Shown here: piece after piece, positions 32,860-41,751 of the stretch | How positions within the stretch are numbered: the stretch's first letter is position 1 | Layout: each line of letters opens with the position of its first letter | IMG/VR virus record: IMGVR_UViG_2718218309_000006 | Reading direction: 5' to 3' (one strand) | Origin: a virus | Lineage: Duplodnaviria; Heunggongvirae; Uroviricota; Caudoviricetes | DNA: 46,234 nucleotides | Program-made: the position numbers and the translations under genes | The notes under the pieces: model-generated | Databases searched by the model: none | What the model was told of the DNA's origin: nothing | The model's input: the letters and a program-made list of their open reading frames with translations, nothing else

Positions 32860-34386
32860 TCAAAAATAAACCTCACCATCAACCATATATTTGAGAGTAC
32901 TTATCGCCTGCTGGGCGGATATTGTTTTCATTAAAGGATAGTGTTTAAAAACAATGCCATTCATAAAATAGATATCACAGGTTTTATTATCTGTATTGAT
33001 TATGATTTTTTCGAATGTTTTATAGGCAAGTGTACGACATAGCTCTCGCCCATTTTTACTGGTTAAGTCAATAGCATGAAAATCACCAAGTGAACTCACC
33101 GCTTTACTCTTCAAAGTTTTTAATGATACAGAAGCCCTTCGTAATTCCTTATCTAATACTCTGATTTTTTCTGCTATAGCGGTAACTTCAGGCGCAACAG
33201 ATAATGCAGCAATTAAATTATTAATTTTCATCTGGAGCTCAATAATTTTCAACTCTAAAGTTTCATTAGCATCTTTCTTGTTTTCAACTGGTTGGATTTT
33301 ACTACAATTAAAAAGCAACTCATTAATGATATTATAATCAACCAAATCTCTCTTTATTGATGGCCTGTCACATCGATGCAGTCTTCTCATCGGACAAACA
33401 TAATAGCCATGCAAACTTCCAGATACCGCATGAACAATCATGGTATTACCACAAGCCTCGCACTTCATAACTGTTCGAAGTAGATTTATCAACATAGGAT
33501 TTTTGCTACTATTGCTAATACCAAAAGGTGCCAACCGAATTTCCTGCACAGCGTAAAACAAATCATCTGATATGACTCTGGGATAATAGCCAGCGATTTC
33601 ACTTATTCCTTTACCTCTTGCACGATATGAAGGTACGCATATACCTATCAGAGCTTTATTCGCTAATAATTTTTCAATTACAGAAGGTCCCCATGCACTT
33701 TCTTTTCCTGAGAAATTCTTTACAGCATGATCATTTAAATACTTGGCTATTGCATTCAATGAGCGCCTTTCCATCCTGAGTTTAAAAATTAGCTCAATAG
33801 TTTTCACCCTGTCGGGGTCTGGAACAAAAGCCGTTCTTTTGTCATCCAATGAGAGCCATCTCGGACAAGACGCCGTCATAATCGTGCCTGACTCCAGTGC
33901 ATCCTGCCGTTTTTTCTTCCATGATAATTTAACCCGACTTGACTTTATCTCGCTTTCTTCATTTGCCCTTTGTGCTATAAGTATGGCTTTTATTAATGAA
34001 TATGGCTCATTCAATGAGTCAATATTATAGACTGTATTATCGCAAAGAGTTATAACATCAATACCGTGATTCAAAATCAATTTCAGACGCTCAATCGCTT
34101 CACCGACTTTTTCTCTTGAAAGTCTGTCCAGACTTTCAACTAACAATGTAGTCCCTGGCAATATATAACCATGTTCTATAGCATCTAAAAATTCCGAAAA
34201 AGCTCCTGATTGTGCATGCTTTCCATTGAATGCGCTTAACCCCAAATCTTCATACGTTACGGTATCAAGGTAATAATCACTATTTACCTTTAGCCATTCA
34301 GTAATAAGCCTTCTCTGGCGGTTTAATGAATCACCAGACATCTGACCTGGTGATGAAAATCGCATATATGCTATGGCTTTTTTCAT
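32860..34386 (-). CDS. Large serine recombinase (YbcK-like)
   Basis: 508 aa; resolvase-type N-terminus AIAYMRFSSPGQ...LLVESLDRLSR, recombinase domain, Cys-rich zinc-ribbon (CEACGNTMIVH...YYVCPMRRLHRCDRP), coiled-coil C-terminus. Confidence 0.85.
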   Translation of the reverse strand: MKKAIAYMRFSSPGQMSGDSLNRQRRLITEWLKVNSDYYLDTVTYEDLGLSAFNGKHAQSGAFSEFLDAIEHGYILPGTTLLVESLDRLSREKVGEAIERLKLILNHGIDVITLCDNTVYNIDSLNEPYSLIKAILIAQRANEESEIKSSRVKLSWKKKRQDALESGTIMTASCPRWLSLDDKRTAFVPDPDRVKTIELIFKLRMERRSLNAIAKYLNDHAVKNFSGKESAWGPSVIEKLLANKALIGICVPSYRARGKGISEIAGYYPRVISDDLFYAVQEIRLAPFGISNSSKNPMLINLLRTVMKCEACGNTMIVHAVSGSLHGYYVCPMRRLHRCDRPSIKRDLVDYNIINELLFNCSKIQPVENKKDANETLELKIIELQMKINNLIAALSVAPEVTAIAEKIRVLDKELRRASVSLKTLKSKAVSSLGDFHAIDLTSKNGRELCRTLAYKTFEKIIINTDNKTCDIYFMNGIVFKHYPLMKTISAQQAISTLKYMVDGEVYF

Positions 34387-34641
34387 GGTGACACCTGCTA
34401 AAGTATGCTTTTATAAACCTTAGTGGTGAGATATGATTTTTGTTTAATTTTTATTTAAAAAGACAATTAAGGTCACATTATCTTAAATATACAACAATAA
34501 TCGTATTGCAATTTTCTTACACCATAATCCTGAAAGCACAAAAGAATGAATAAAAACTAAAGACATTAACAAAAAGCATAAAACGAGGCCCATATAAATA
34601 TACGAACCTCCATATTTTAGTCGTTTAAAAACAAATTATTT

Positions 34642-34974
34642 TTAATGTGGTGTGCTTCGTGACAATAAATTAATAACCAACACACCGGCACAAATCAACA
34701 TCATGCCTATAATGGCTGGCAGGTCCAACCGTTGGCCGAAAAATCCCCATGATAGTAAGCTAATCAGGACAATACCGACTCCTGACCAGATAGCATAAGC
34801 AATCCCTGTAGGAATATAAGCCAGCGTCTGAGCTAATAACCAGAATGATGCACAATAACAAATAATTGTACCAACAGATGGCCATAACCGTGTAAAACCT
34901 TCTGAAAACTTCATTAAGGTTGTACCAATGACCTCTGCAAGTATTGCACCACCAAGATAAATATAAGGATTCAT
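34642..34974 (-). CDS. emrE: Small multidrug resistance efflux transporter EmrE (SMR family)
   Basis: 110 aa from MNPYIYLGGAILAEVIGTTLMKFSEGFTRLWPSVGTIICYCASFWLLAQTLAYIPTGIAYAIWSGVGIV; four TM helices. Confidence 0.92.
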   Translation of the reverse strand: MNPYIYLGGAILAEVIGTTLMKFSEGFTRLWPSVGTIICYCASFWLLAQTLAYIPTGIAYAIWSGVGIVLISLLSWGFFGQRLDLPAIIGMMLICAGVLVINLLSRSTPH

Positions 34975-34989
34975 AGCATATTCTTTCCT

Positions 34990-35024
34990 GTTCAAACTGG
35001 AGAGAATTGTACTACAGTTTGAAC
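34990..35024. repeat. Perfect 10-bp inverted repeat (GTTCAAACTG / CAGTTTGAAC, 15-bp spacer) between ren and emrE
   Basis: Read directly from the sequence, just upstream of the emrE start. Confidence 0.6.
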
Positions 35025-35041
35025 TCAACTCACCTGTTTCA

Positions 35042-35344
35042 TCATTGTGTACCCATTGATGTTCTTTTATATACCCTCAATACCCGTTTCATCGCGGCAC
35101 TCTGGCGACACTCCTTAAAAATCAAATTCGTGCTCACCTTTCCTTCCCATTCTTCTCTGGTAGCGAACCGATAATACACCGTTCGCCAGACCTTACCATC
35201 AACGACCAGGATTCCTGCCCGCGCCATTTTAGCCGCAGCCTGATTTATGCTGGTTACCGTTGCGCCTGTTACCGCGGCAACGTCCTGCGCACAGAATTTC
35301 TTATGAGTCCCCAGGTAATGAATAATTGCCTCTTTGCCCGTCAT
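35042..35344 (-). CDS. ren: Ren protein
   Basis: 100 aa, MTGKEAIIHYLGTHKKFCAQDVAAVTGATVTSINQAAAKMARAGILVVDGKVWRTVYYRFATREE. Confidence 0.88.
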   Translation of the reverse strand: MTGKEAIIHYLGTHKKFCAQDVAAVTGATVTSINQAAAKMARAGILVVDGKVWRTVYYRFATREEWEGKVSTNLIFKECRQSAAMKRVLRVYKRTSMGTQ

Positions 35345-36042
35345 ACCCTTGCTCCTTTCAGCCCAAACTTAGCTTTGATTTCTGCGATCTTCGCCAGAGC
35401 CTGTGCACGATTTAGAGGTCTACCGCCCATAACAGGAAGTTGTTTTACTGGTTCAGGTATCGTCTCACCACGGTTAATTCGCGCTGTCATACAGGTCAGT
35501 TCATCGGCAGCCTTGCGCCGTAATTCCGCGTCAGTCAGCGCATTGGCCCGCATGTTCTGGTACAAGTTGGTAACCAACCAGTAATGCGCGTTCGATTTCC
35601 ACGGATAAGACTCTGCATCCGGATACAGGCCACGCTTCCGGCAATACTCGTAAACCATATCAACCAGCTCGCTGACGTTTGGCAGCCCGGCGTTAACAGA
35701 TGCTTCTTCCCGGCACCAGGCGACAAACTGCCCGGGTGATGGCAGGAATGGTCGATTCTGCCGACGGGCTACGCGCATTCCAGCGTTAACCTGTTCCATT
35801 GTGGTGATCCCGTTTTCCCGGAAAGCCAGAACCCACTGGCGGCGGATTTCGTTCAGTTCATTCTGGTCACGGTTAGCCAGGCTCGCCGGGAAAGTTGCCA
35901 GTAACTGGCTGAACACACCGTTGATGATCTGCGCTACCTGCTGTACCTGTGGCTTTTCGTCGTACTGTTCCGGCATGTTGTTGGCGATCCGGCGCATCTG
36001 CTCACAGTCAAAGTTAACCATCTGTGCGGCGATGTTTTTCAT
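35341..36042 (-). CDS. P: Replication protein P (DnaB helicase loader)
   Basis: 233 aa, MKNIAAQMVNFDCEQMRRIANNMPEQYDEKPQVQQVAQIINGVF... as lambda P. Confidence 0.93.
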   Translation of the reverse strand: MKNIAAQMVNFDCEQMRRIANNMPEQYDEKPQVQQVAQIINGVFSQLLATFPASLANRDQNELNEIRRQWVLAFRENGITTMEQVNAGMRVARRQNRPFLPSPGQFVAWCREEASVNAGLPNVSELVDMVYEYCRKRGLYPDAESYPWKSNAHYWLVTNLYQNMRANALTDAELRRKAADELTCMTARINRGETIPEPVKQLPVMGGRPLNRAQALAKIAEIKAKFGLKGARV

Positions 36043-36968
36043 AGCTCCACCCCGTAAATCCAGTCAGTGTTCGTCAGGTCGAGTTTTGGTTTGCCGGCTA
36101 TCACGCCAGCCTGTTGCTTGTTTCGGTTGATTTCGAGCTGGGTCCACTTGTCGCGGAGTTTGGCCGGACTTAGCACGTTACCGGACCAGAAGTTGTCCTG
36201 GCATGCCCAGCGGAACAGCACACACATGTCGCGGTGGTTACGTCCGTCACGTTCACGCATCAGGCGGATATCGTTAGCCCACCCTGCAAAATTCGGTTTT
36301 CTGGCTGATGGCGCGATGGTCTTCACCATGTCAAACATCCACTCTGCGGCGGTCAGGTCTTCTGCTGTCCCCCACTTGCTGCCGCTCTGAATTGCAGCAT
36401 CCGGTTTCACCACAGGAAGATCGTTTTCTGGTTGGTCAGAGGATTCGCCAGAATTCTCGGACGAAAAAGGTTTTATATTGTCTTTTGTTAGTTTGTCTTT
36501 TGTGTTTACCTGATTCGGGTAAACGCCTTTACCTGATGTGGGTAAACTTTTTTTACCTGATTCAGGTAAATTTACCTCTTTCAGGTAAACTTTATTTTTC
36601 TTACCTGATTCGGGTAATGTTGACCATTCACTGACCACATTATTAATGCCGGTATTCCGCCCGCTCTGAATAAAAATCCCACGCTTTACCAGAACACTTT
36701 TTGCAGCAGAACACTTGTGCGGCAATATCCCGGTTAATTCGGAAAGTTGCTCGTTGCTAACCCAATCCAGTTTTTTATTAAAGCCATATGTTTTGCGCAT
36801 GACAGCCAGAAAGACCAGAAGCTGGTGCTGTGTTAATCCGGCCAGCATCACAGCTTCCAGCAACTCATTTGCAATGCGCGTATAACCATCATCGAGATCT
36901 GCCACGCGCGGCTCCTTTTGTGCCGCATCCGGCACTGGAAAATTGAATATCTCAGCAGTGTTTGCCAT
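36039..36968 (-). CDS. O: Replication initiator O (lambda-like C-terminal domain, divergent N-terminal ori-binding domain)
   Basis: Preferred start MANTAEIFNF (SD GGGAGGA upstream) aligning with lambda MTNTAKILNF; C-terminal half ...SENSGESSDQPENDLPVVKPDAAIQSGSKWGTAEDLTAAEWMFDM matches lambda O as recalled; ORF track extends to 37058. Confidence 0.88.
   Translation of the reverse strand: MANTAEIFNFPVPDAAQKEPRVADLDDGYTRIANELLEAVMLAGLTQHQLLVFLAVMRKTYGFNKKLDWVSNEQLSELTGILPHKCSAAKSVLVKRGIFIQSGRNTGINNVVSEWSTLPESGKKNKVYLKEVNLPESGKKSLPTSGKGVYPNQVNTKDKLTKDNIKPFSSENSGESSDQPENDLPVVKPDAAIQSGSKWGTAEDLTAAEWMFDMVKTIAPSARKPNFAGWANDIRLMRERDGRNHRDMCVLFRWACQDNFWSGNVLSPAKLRDKWTQLEINRNKQQAGVIAGKPKLDLTNTDWIYGVEL
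36506..36617. repeat. Replication origin iterons: five 17-bp palindromic repeats TTACCTGAT-TC-GGGTAA inside O, with adjacent AT-rich tract (36461-36505)
   Basis: Repeats at 36506-36522, 36529-36545, 36553-36569, 36572-36588, 36601-36617; arrangement like lambda ori but different iteron sequence. Confidence 0.8.
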
Positions 36969-37054
36969 AATTCCTCCCGCAATGAGTGTGTTACGATTTG
37001 CACCTGAAAGTCGGTTCTGTTCCAGCAGACCGGCTTTCGCCATTTCTGAACCTG

Positions 37055-37594
37055 TCATATCGCCCCCAGCATGGTAGTAACCATCGCCATCAATGGACCA
37101 GCCAGATCTGGGTCCACACGAAACATCGACACAATACCTTCACTAATTTCCTTCAGTTTCTGGTGGCGTGGTGCGTTGAGAATGACAGCCTGTTTTGCCT
37201 CACTGAGTTCCTTTTCCATTTCAGCCAACCTAGCCATGAAGCTATCCTGCTCAACCAGGTAACCGCGATATTCCAGCGGTAGTACCGCCAGAATTGCCGG
37301 GGTCAGTTCACGCACGTTATTTCGGTATTTTTCAGAATCGAATTTGTTATCGAGGAAGCGGAACAGCTTCTGGCGTGCACGGCTGACATCATCAGGGAAA
37401 TCGATGGTGCCGCCGCCCTGCTCCCGATACTCATTCACAATGAGTGTGGCAACGACATCCTGATTATCTACAGCCGACCAGGCGCGGACGGCATCACGGA
37501 TTTTTTCGTGGCCTGGCACCTGTTTTGTTTGAGAACGATTTATCACCGCAGTCGGGCTAAATCCGCTAGTCTGTTGGTATGTAAGTGGTTGCAT
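37055..37594 (-). CDS. YdaT-like protein in the cII position
   Basis: 179 aa; ...NEYREQGGGTIDFPDD...LTPAILAVLPLEYRGYL... resembles Rac YdaT as recalled; SD AAGGAG upstream. Confidence 0.6.
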   Translation of the reverse strand: MQPLTYQQTSGFSPTAVINRSQTKQVPGHEKIRDAVRAWSAVDNQDVVATLIVNEYREQGGGTIDFPDDVSRARQKLFRFLDNKFDSEKYRNNVRELTPAILAVLPLEYRGYLVEQDSFMARLAEMEKELSEAKQAVILNAPRHQKLKEISEGIVSMFRVDPDLAGPLMAMVTTMLGAI

Positions 37595-37663
37595 AATTGA
37601 CTCCTTTAGTTTGAATTGACTGTTAAGTTGATTGCTTATTGTTAAAGAGCGTGAAATGGAAAT

Positions 37664-37894
37664 TTAAGCTGCGTTCTTTTCGGTGTGTGGAAACAACTTC
37701 GGAAGATCCGGGCGAATCTGGTATGCCTTCACTACTCCACCAGTAGCCGTAACAATGCTGCCGACATGTTCAGGGGATACCTTTGCTTTGTTGTGAAGCC
37801 ACTTATAGACGGCCTGCTGTGAAACTTCGCAAGCAGCGCCCAGTTTCTTTTGTGAACCAACGATATTGATCGCTGTTTTGATAGCTGGGTTCAT
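37664..37894 (-). CDS. Cro-like repressor (YdaS/Cro HTH family)
   Basis: 76 aa, HTH around GSQKKLGAACEVSQQAVYKW; divergent from the cI-like gene; SD GGAGG. Confidence 0.75.
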   Translation of the reverse strand: MNPAIKTAINIVGSQKKLGAACEVSQQAVYKWLHNKAKVSPEHVGSIVTATGGVVKAYQIRPDLPKLFPHTEKNAA

Positions 37895-37998
37895 AACAAC
37901 CTCCGTGGTTAATTTGAATCAAGATTAAAACTATGGTTGTTTTTAGTCAACAACCATTTTCGTTTGATGGGATAAAACCTTGGTTGTACATTTGGACT
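37895..37998. promoter_or_regulatory. Divergent promoter/operator region between cro-like and cI-like genes
   Basis: Palindrome ATGGTTGTT-tttagtc-AACAACCAT at 37933-37957 and related half-site CCTTGGTTGTACA at 37976-37990. Confidence 0.6.
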
Positions 37999-38688
37999 AT
38001 GAAAACAACACTCTCAGAAAGACTTAAAGAAGCCAGATTAGCGCGAGGCCTTACACAAAAGGCGCTTGGGGATTTGGTCGGGGTTAGCCAGGCTGCTATT
38101 CAGAAAATCGAAACAGGGAAAGCTAATCAAACAACTAAAATCGTGGAGATCGCGAACGCTTTGGGTGTGCGCGCAGAATGGTTATCTTCTGGCGTTGGAA
38201 ATATGTCAGACAGTACAGTGCAACCAATACAATCAACTGTCAGCCATTCCAAATACTTCAAGATTGACGTTCTTGATATAGAAGTCAGTGCTGGGCCGGG
38301 AGTCATCAACCGTGAGTTTGTAGAAGTTCTACGCTCGGTTGAGTACTCGTTTGACGATGCTCGTCACATGTTCGATGGTAGGAAGGCGGAAAATATCCGC
38401 ATCATTAACGTGCGTGGTGACAGCATGTCAGGAACGATCGAACCAGGTGATCTGCTGTTCGTTGATATCACAGTTAAATCTTTCGACGGTGATGGTATCT
38501 ATGCGTTTCTGTACGACGACACAGCCCATGTAAAGCGCCTGCAAATGATGAAGGATAAGCTGCTGGTCATCTCTGATAACAAAAGCTACTCACCGTGGGA
38601 CCCGATCGAGAAAGACGAGATGAACCGGGTGTTCATCTTCGGTAAGGTTATTGGGAGCATGCCGCAGACATATAGGAAGCATGGGTAG
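37999..38688 (+). CDS. cI-like repressor (N-terminal HTH, C-terminal S24 LexA-like autopeptidase)
   Basis: Starts MKTTLSERLKEARLARGLTQKALGDLVGVSQAAIQKIETGK; C-terminal GDSM...K autocleavage-type domain. Confidence 0.85.
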   Translation: MKTTLSERLKEARLARGLTQKALGDLVGVSQAAIQKIETGKANQTTKIVEIANALGVRAEWLSSGVGNMSDSTVQPIQSTVSHSKYFKIDVLDIEVSAGPGVINREFVEVLRSVEYSFDDARHMFDGRKAENIRIINVRGDSMSGTIEPGDLLFVDITVKSFDGDGIYAFLYDDTAHVKRLQMMKDKLLVISDNKSYSPWDPIEKDEMNRVFIFGKVIGSMPQTYRKHG

Positions 38689-38809
38689 TACCAATTAAAA
38701 ATTATCAACTGGGCATTGTGCTCATTCAGTAAAGAACTAATTCCTATCTTTGCTCTAGGTAGTAATATTAAGCCACCGCAATAATATCTTTACCTAACGG
38801 CGTAAGAAT

Positions 38810-38836
38810 CCCGGTCACCGTGCCGGGTTTTCTTTT
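38810..38836 (+). terminator. Candidate terminator downstream of the cI-like gene
   Basis: CCCGG-tcaccgtg-CCGGG followed by TTTTCTTTT; short stem. Confidence 0.35.
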
Positions 38837-38929
38837 GCCCTCCCCTCATCACACACACACCGTTAAAAAAACCACCATAACCTCGCTTCAGTTATCGCTA
38901 TGCGATTCAAGTCACAAAATAAATCCATC

Positions 38930-39010
38930 CTAAATACAACCAGTTATATCTAAAACAACCAATAAAACAACTTTTGTTGTTGACGATAAAACAACTATAG
39001 TTTTAAATAA
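38930..39010 (+). promoter_or_regulatory. Candidate leftward early promoter/operator (PL/OL equivalent)
   Basis: Clustered ACAACCA/AACAAC motifs related to the 37933-37957 operator; TTGACG at 38980-38985 with a possible weak -10 17 nt downstream. Confidence 0.4.
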
Positions 39011-39201
39011 GTTCATCGCAACAACACAACGATACGGCAACTACCTGATTCACCGTTGCGATGACCGCTTAGATCCGCAGTTTGAATTTCAGCAGGCTTC
39101 GGGGAGTGCGAGGGGTGAAACGGACGCGTGAACGTCGGTGTGACCAGCTGAAATTAACTCAACATTTCATACCTTAGTCGCTTCAACGAGGCGGCTTAGT
39201 T

Positions 39202-39492
39202 ATGACAACCGGCGGCCATCCACCGCCTGAATACGCGCAGAAGTCTCTATATGTTCAGCAGCCCAGCTTACGGGCAGGAGTTTTTATGGTTCATCAACAT
39301 TATGGAACGCAGACCGTTAATCGAGGTGCGGTCATGCCAGGAATGCTGGTCAAACACAAAGATGGTACCTGGACTGCATCAGCTAATTTACGCGGACGGC
39401 TTTATCTGCATCGCGGCATCGAGCGCACTTATACCCGTGATTTGCTCGTGGAAGTTTTTCTCGACGGACGCGGTAACGGCCTGAATCACTAA
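39202..39492 (+). CDS. Hypothetical protein in the kil position upstream of gam
   Basis: 96-aa ORF ending at the CAC TAA where lambda kil is recalled to end; no recognised similarity; start uncertain; overlapping 77-aa alternative frame at 39251-39484. Confidence 0.3.
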   Translation: MTTGGHPPPEYAQKSLYVQQPSLRAGVFMVHQHYGTQTVNRGAVMPGMLVKHKDGTWTASANLRGRLYLHRGIERTYTRDLLVEVFLDGRGNGLNH

Positions 39493-39567
39493 TCCCCTTT
39501 CCTGTTTTCCTAATCAGCCTGGCATTTCGCGGGCGATATTTTCACAGCCATTTTCAGGAGGTCAGCC

Positions 39568-39864
39568 ATGAACGCTTATTACATTCAGGATCGTCTTGAG
39601 GCTCAGAGCTGGGCGCGTCACTACCAGCAGATCGCCCGTGAAGAGAAAGAGGCAGAACTGGCAGACGACATGGAAAAAGGCCTGCCCCAGCACCTGTTTG
39701 AATCGCTATGCATCGATCATTTGCAACGCCACGGGGCCAGCAAAAAAGCCATTACCCGTGCGTTTGATGACGATGTTGAGTTTCAGGAGCGCATGGCAGA
39801 ACACATCCAGTACATGGTTGAAACCATTGCTCACCACCAGGTTGATATTGATTCAGAGGTATAA
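39568..39864 (+). CDS. gam: Gam, host RecBCD inhibitor (short GamS form)
   Basis: 98 aa, [60 protein letters not shown]... Confidence 0.92.
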   Translation: MNAYYIQDRLEAQSWARHYQQIAREEKEAELADDMEKGLPQHLFESLCIDHLQRHGASKKAITRAFDDDVEFQERMAEHIQYMVETIAHHQVDIDSEV

Positions 39865-39869
39865 AACGG

Positions 39870-40655
39870 ATGAGTACAGCACTCGCAACGCTGGCAGGGA
39901 AGCTGGCTGAACGTGTCGGCATGGATTCTGTCGACCCACAGGAACTGATCACCACTCTTCGCCAGACGGCATTTAAAGGTGATGCCAGCGATGCGCAGTT
40001 CATCGCATTGTTGATCGTCGCCAACCAGTACGGCCTTAATCCGTGGACGAAAGAAATTTACGCCTTCCCTGATAAGCAGAACGGCATCGTTCCGGTGGTG
40101 GGCGTTGATGGCTGGTCCCGCATCATCAATGAAAACCAGCAGTTTGATGGCATGGACTTTGAGCAGGACAATGAATCCTGTACATGCCGGATTTACCGCA
40201 AGGACCGTAATCATCCGATCTGCGTTACCGAATGGATGGATGAATGCCGCCGCGAACCATTCAAAACTCGCGAAGGCAGAGAAATCACGGGGCCGTGGCA
40301 GTCGCATCCCAAACGGATGTTACGGCATAAAGCCATGATTCAGTGTGCCCGTCTGGCCTTCGGATTTGCTGGTATCTATGACAAGGATGAAGCCGAGCGC
40401 ATTGTCGAAAATACCGCATACACTGCAGAACGTCAGCCAGAACGCGACATCACTCCGGTTAACGATGAAACCATGCAGGAGATTAACACTCTGCTGATCG
40501 CCCTGGATAAAACATGGGATGACGACTTATTGCCGCTCTGTTCCCAGATATTTCGCCGCGACATTCGCGCATCGTCAGAACTGACACAGGCCGAAGCAGT
40601 GAAAGCTCTTGGATTCCTGAAACAGAAAGCCACTGAGCAGAAGGTGGCAGCATGA
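39870..40655 (+). CDS. bet: Bet (Red-beta) single-strand annealing recombinase
   Basis: 261 aa, [72 protein letters not shown]. Confidence 0.95.
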   Translation: MSTALATLAGKLAERVGMDSVDPQELITTLRQTAFKGDASDAQFIALLIVANQYGLNPWTKEIYAFPDKQNGIVPVVGVDGWSRIINENQQFDGMDFEQDNESCTCRIYRKDRNHPICVTEWMDECRREPFKTREGREITGPWQSHPKRMLRHKAMIQCARLAFGFAGIYDKDEAERIVENTAYTAERQPERDITPVNDETMQEINTLLIALDKTWDDDLLPLCSQIFRRDIRASSELTQAEAVKALGFLKQKATEQKVAA

Positions 40656-41332
40656 CACCGGACATTATCCTGCAGCGTACCGGGATCGACGTGAGAGCTG
40701 TCGAACAGGGGGATGATGCATGGCACAAATTACGGCTCGGCGTCATCACCGCTTCAGAAGTTCACAACGTGATAGCAAAGCCCCGCTCAGGAAAGAAGTG
40801 GCCTGACATGAAAATGTCCTACTTCCACACCCTGCTGGCTGAGGTTTGCACCGGTGTGGCTCCGGAAGTTAATGCTAAGGCGCTGGCCTGGGGAAAACAG
40901 TACGAGAACGACGCCAGAACCCTGTTTGAATTCACTTCCGGCGTGAATGTTACTGAATCCCCGATCATCTATCGCGACGAAAGTATGCGCACCGCCTGCT
41001 CTCCCGATGGTTTATGCAGTGACGGCAACGGCCTTGAACTGAAATGCCCGTTTACCTCCCGGGATTTCATGAAGTTCCGGCTCGGTGGTTTCGAGGCCAT
41101 AAAATCGGCTTACATGGCCCAGGTGCAGTACAGCATGTGGGTGACGCGAAAAGATGCCTGGTACTTTGCCAACTATGACCCGCGTATGAAGCGTGAAGGC
41201 CTGCATTATGTCGTGATTGAGCGGAATGAAAAGTACATGGCGAATTTTGACGAGATGGTGCCGGAGTTCATCGAAAAAATGGACGTGGCACTGGCTGAAA
41301 TTGGTTTTGTATTTGGGGAGCAATGGCGATGA
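40652..41332 (+). CDS. exo: Exo (lambda 5'-3' exonuclease, Red-alpha)
   Basis: 226 aa, [65 protein letters not shown]. Confidence 0.95.
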   Translation: MTPDIILQRTGIDVRAVEQGDDAWHKLRLGVITASEVHNVIAKPRSGKKWPDMKMSYFHTLLAEVCTGVAPEVNAKALAWGKQYENDARTLFEFTSGVNVTESPIIYRDESMRTACSPDGLCSDGNGLELKCPFTSRDFMKFRLGGFEAIKSAYMAQVQYSMWVTRKDAWYFANYDPRMKREGLHYVVIERNEKYMANFDEMVPEFIEKMDVALAEIGFVFGEQWR

Positions 41333-41511
41333 AGCATCCTCACGATAATATCCGGGTAGGCACGATCACTTTCGTCTACTCCGTTACGAAGCGAGGCTGG
41401 GTATTTCCCGGCCTTTCTGTTATCCGAAATCCCCTGAAAGCACAGCGGCTGGCTGAGGAGATAAATAATAAACGGGGAGCTGTATGCACAAAGCATCTCC
41501 CGTTGAGTTAA
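41323..41511 (+). CDS. Lambda orf60a-like small protein
   Basis: 62 aa, [52 protein letters not shown]. Confidence 0.6.
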   Translation: MAMKHPHDNIRVGTITFVYSVTKRGWVFPGLSVIRNPLKAQRLAEEINNKRGAVCTKHLPLS

Positions 41512-41675
41512 GAACGAGTATCGAGATGGCACATAGCCTCGCTCAAAATGGAGTCAGGTTTGTGCCAATACCAGTAGAAACAGACGAAGAATTTCATACG
41601 TTAGCCGCATCCCTTTCACAAAAGCTGGAAATGATGGTGGCGAAAGCAGAAGCAGATGAGAGAGACCAGGTATGA
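41484..41675 (+). CDS. Lambda orf63-like small protein
   Basis: 63 aa, [63 protein letters not shown]. Confidence 0.65.
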   Translation: MHKASPVELRTSIEMAHSLAQNGVRFVPIPVETDEEFHTLAASLSQKLEMMVAKAEADERDQV

Positions 41676-41751
41676 CAACCACGGAATGCATTTTTCTGGC
41701 AGCGGGCTTCATATTCTGTGTGCTTATGCTTGCCGACATGGGACTTGTTCA

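Larger units (their letters stand above)
31487..35041. other. Low-GC accessory island in the ren-nin slot (orphan ORFs, large serine recombinase, emrE)
   Basis: Visibly AT-rich compared with flanking ninB and ren; gene content differs from lambda and partly from DLP12. Confidence 0.6.
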
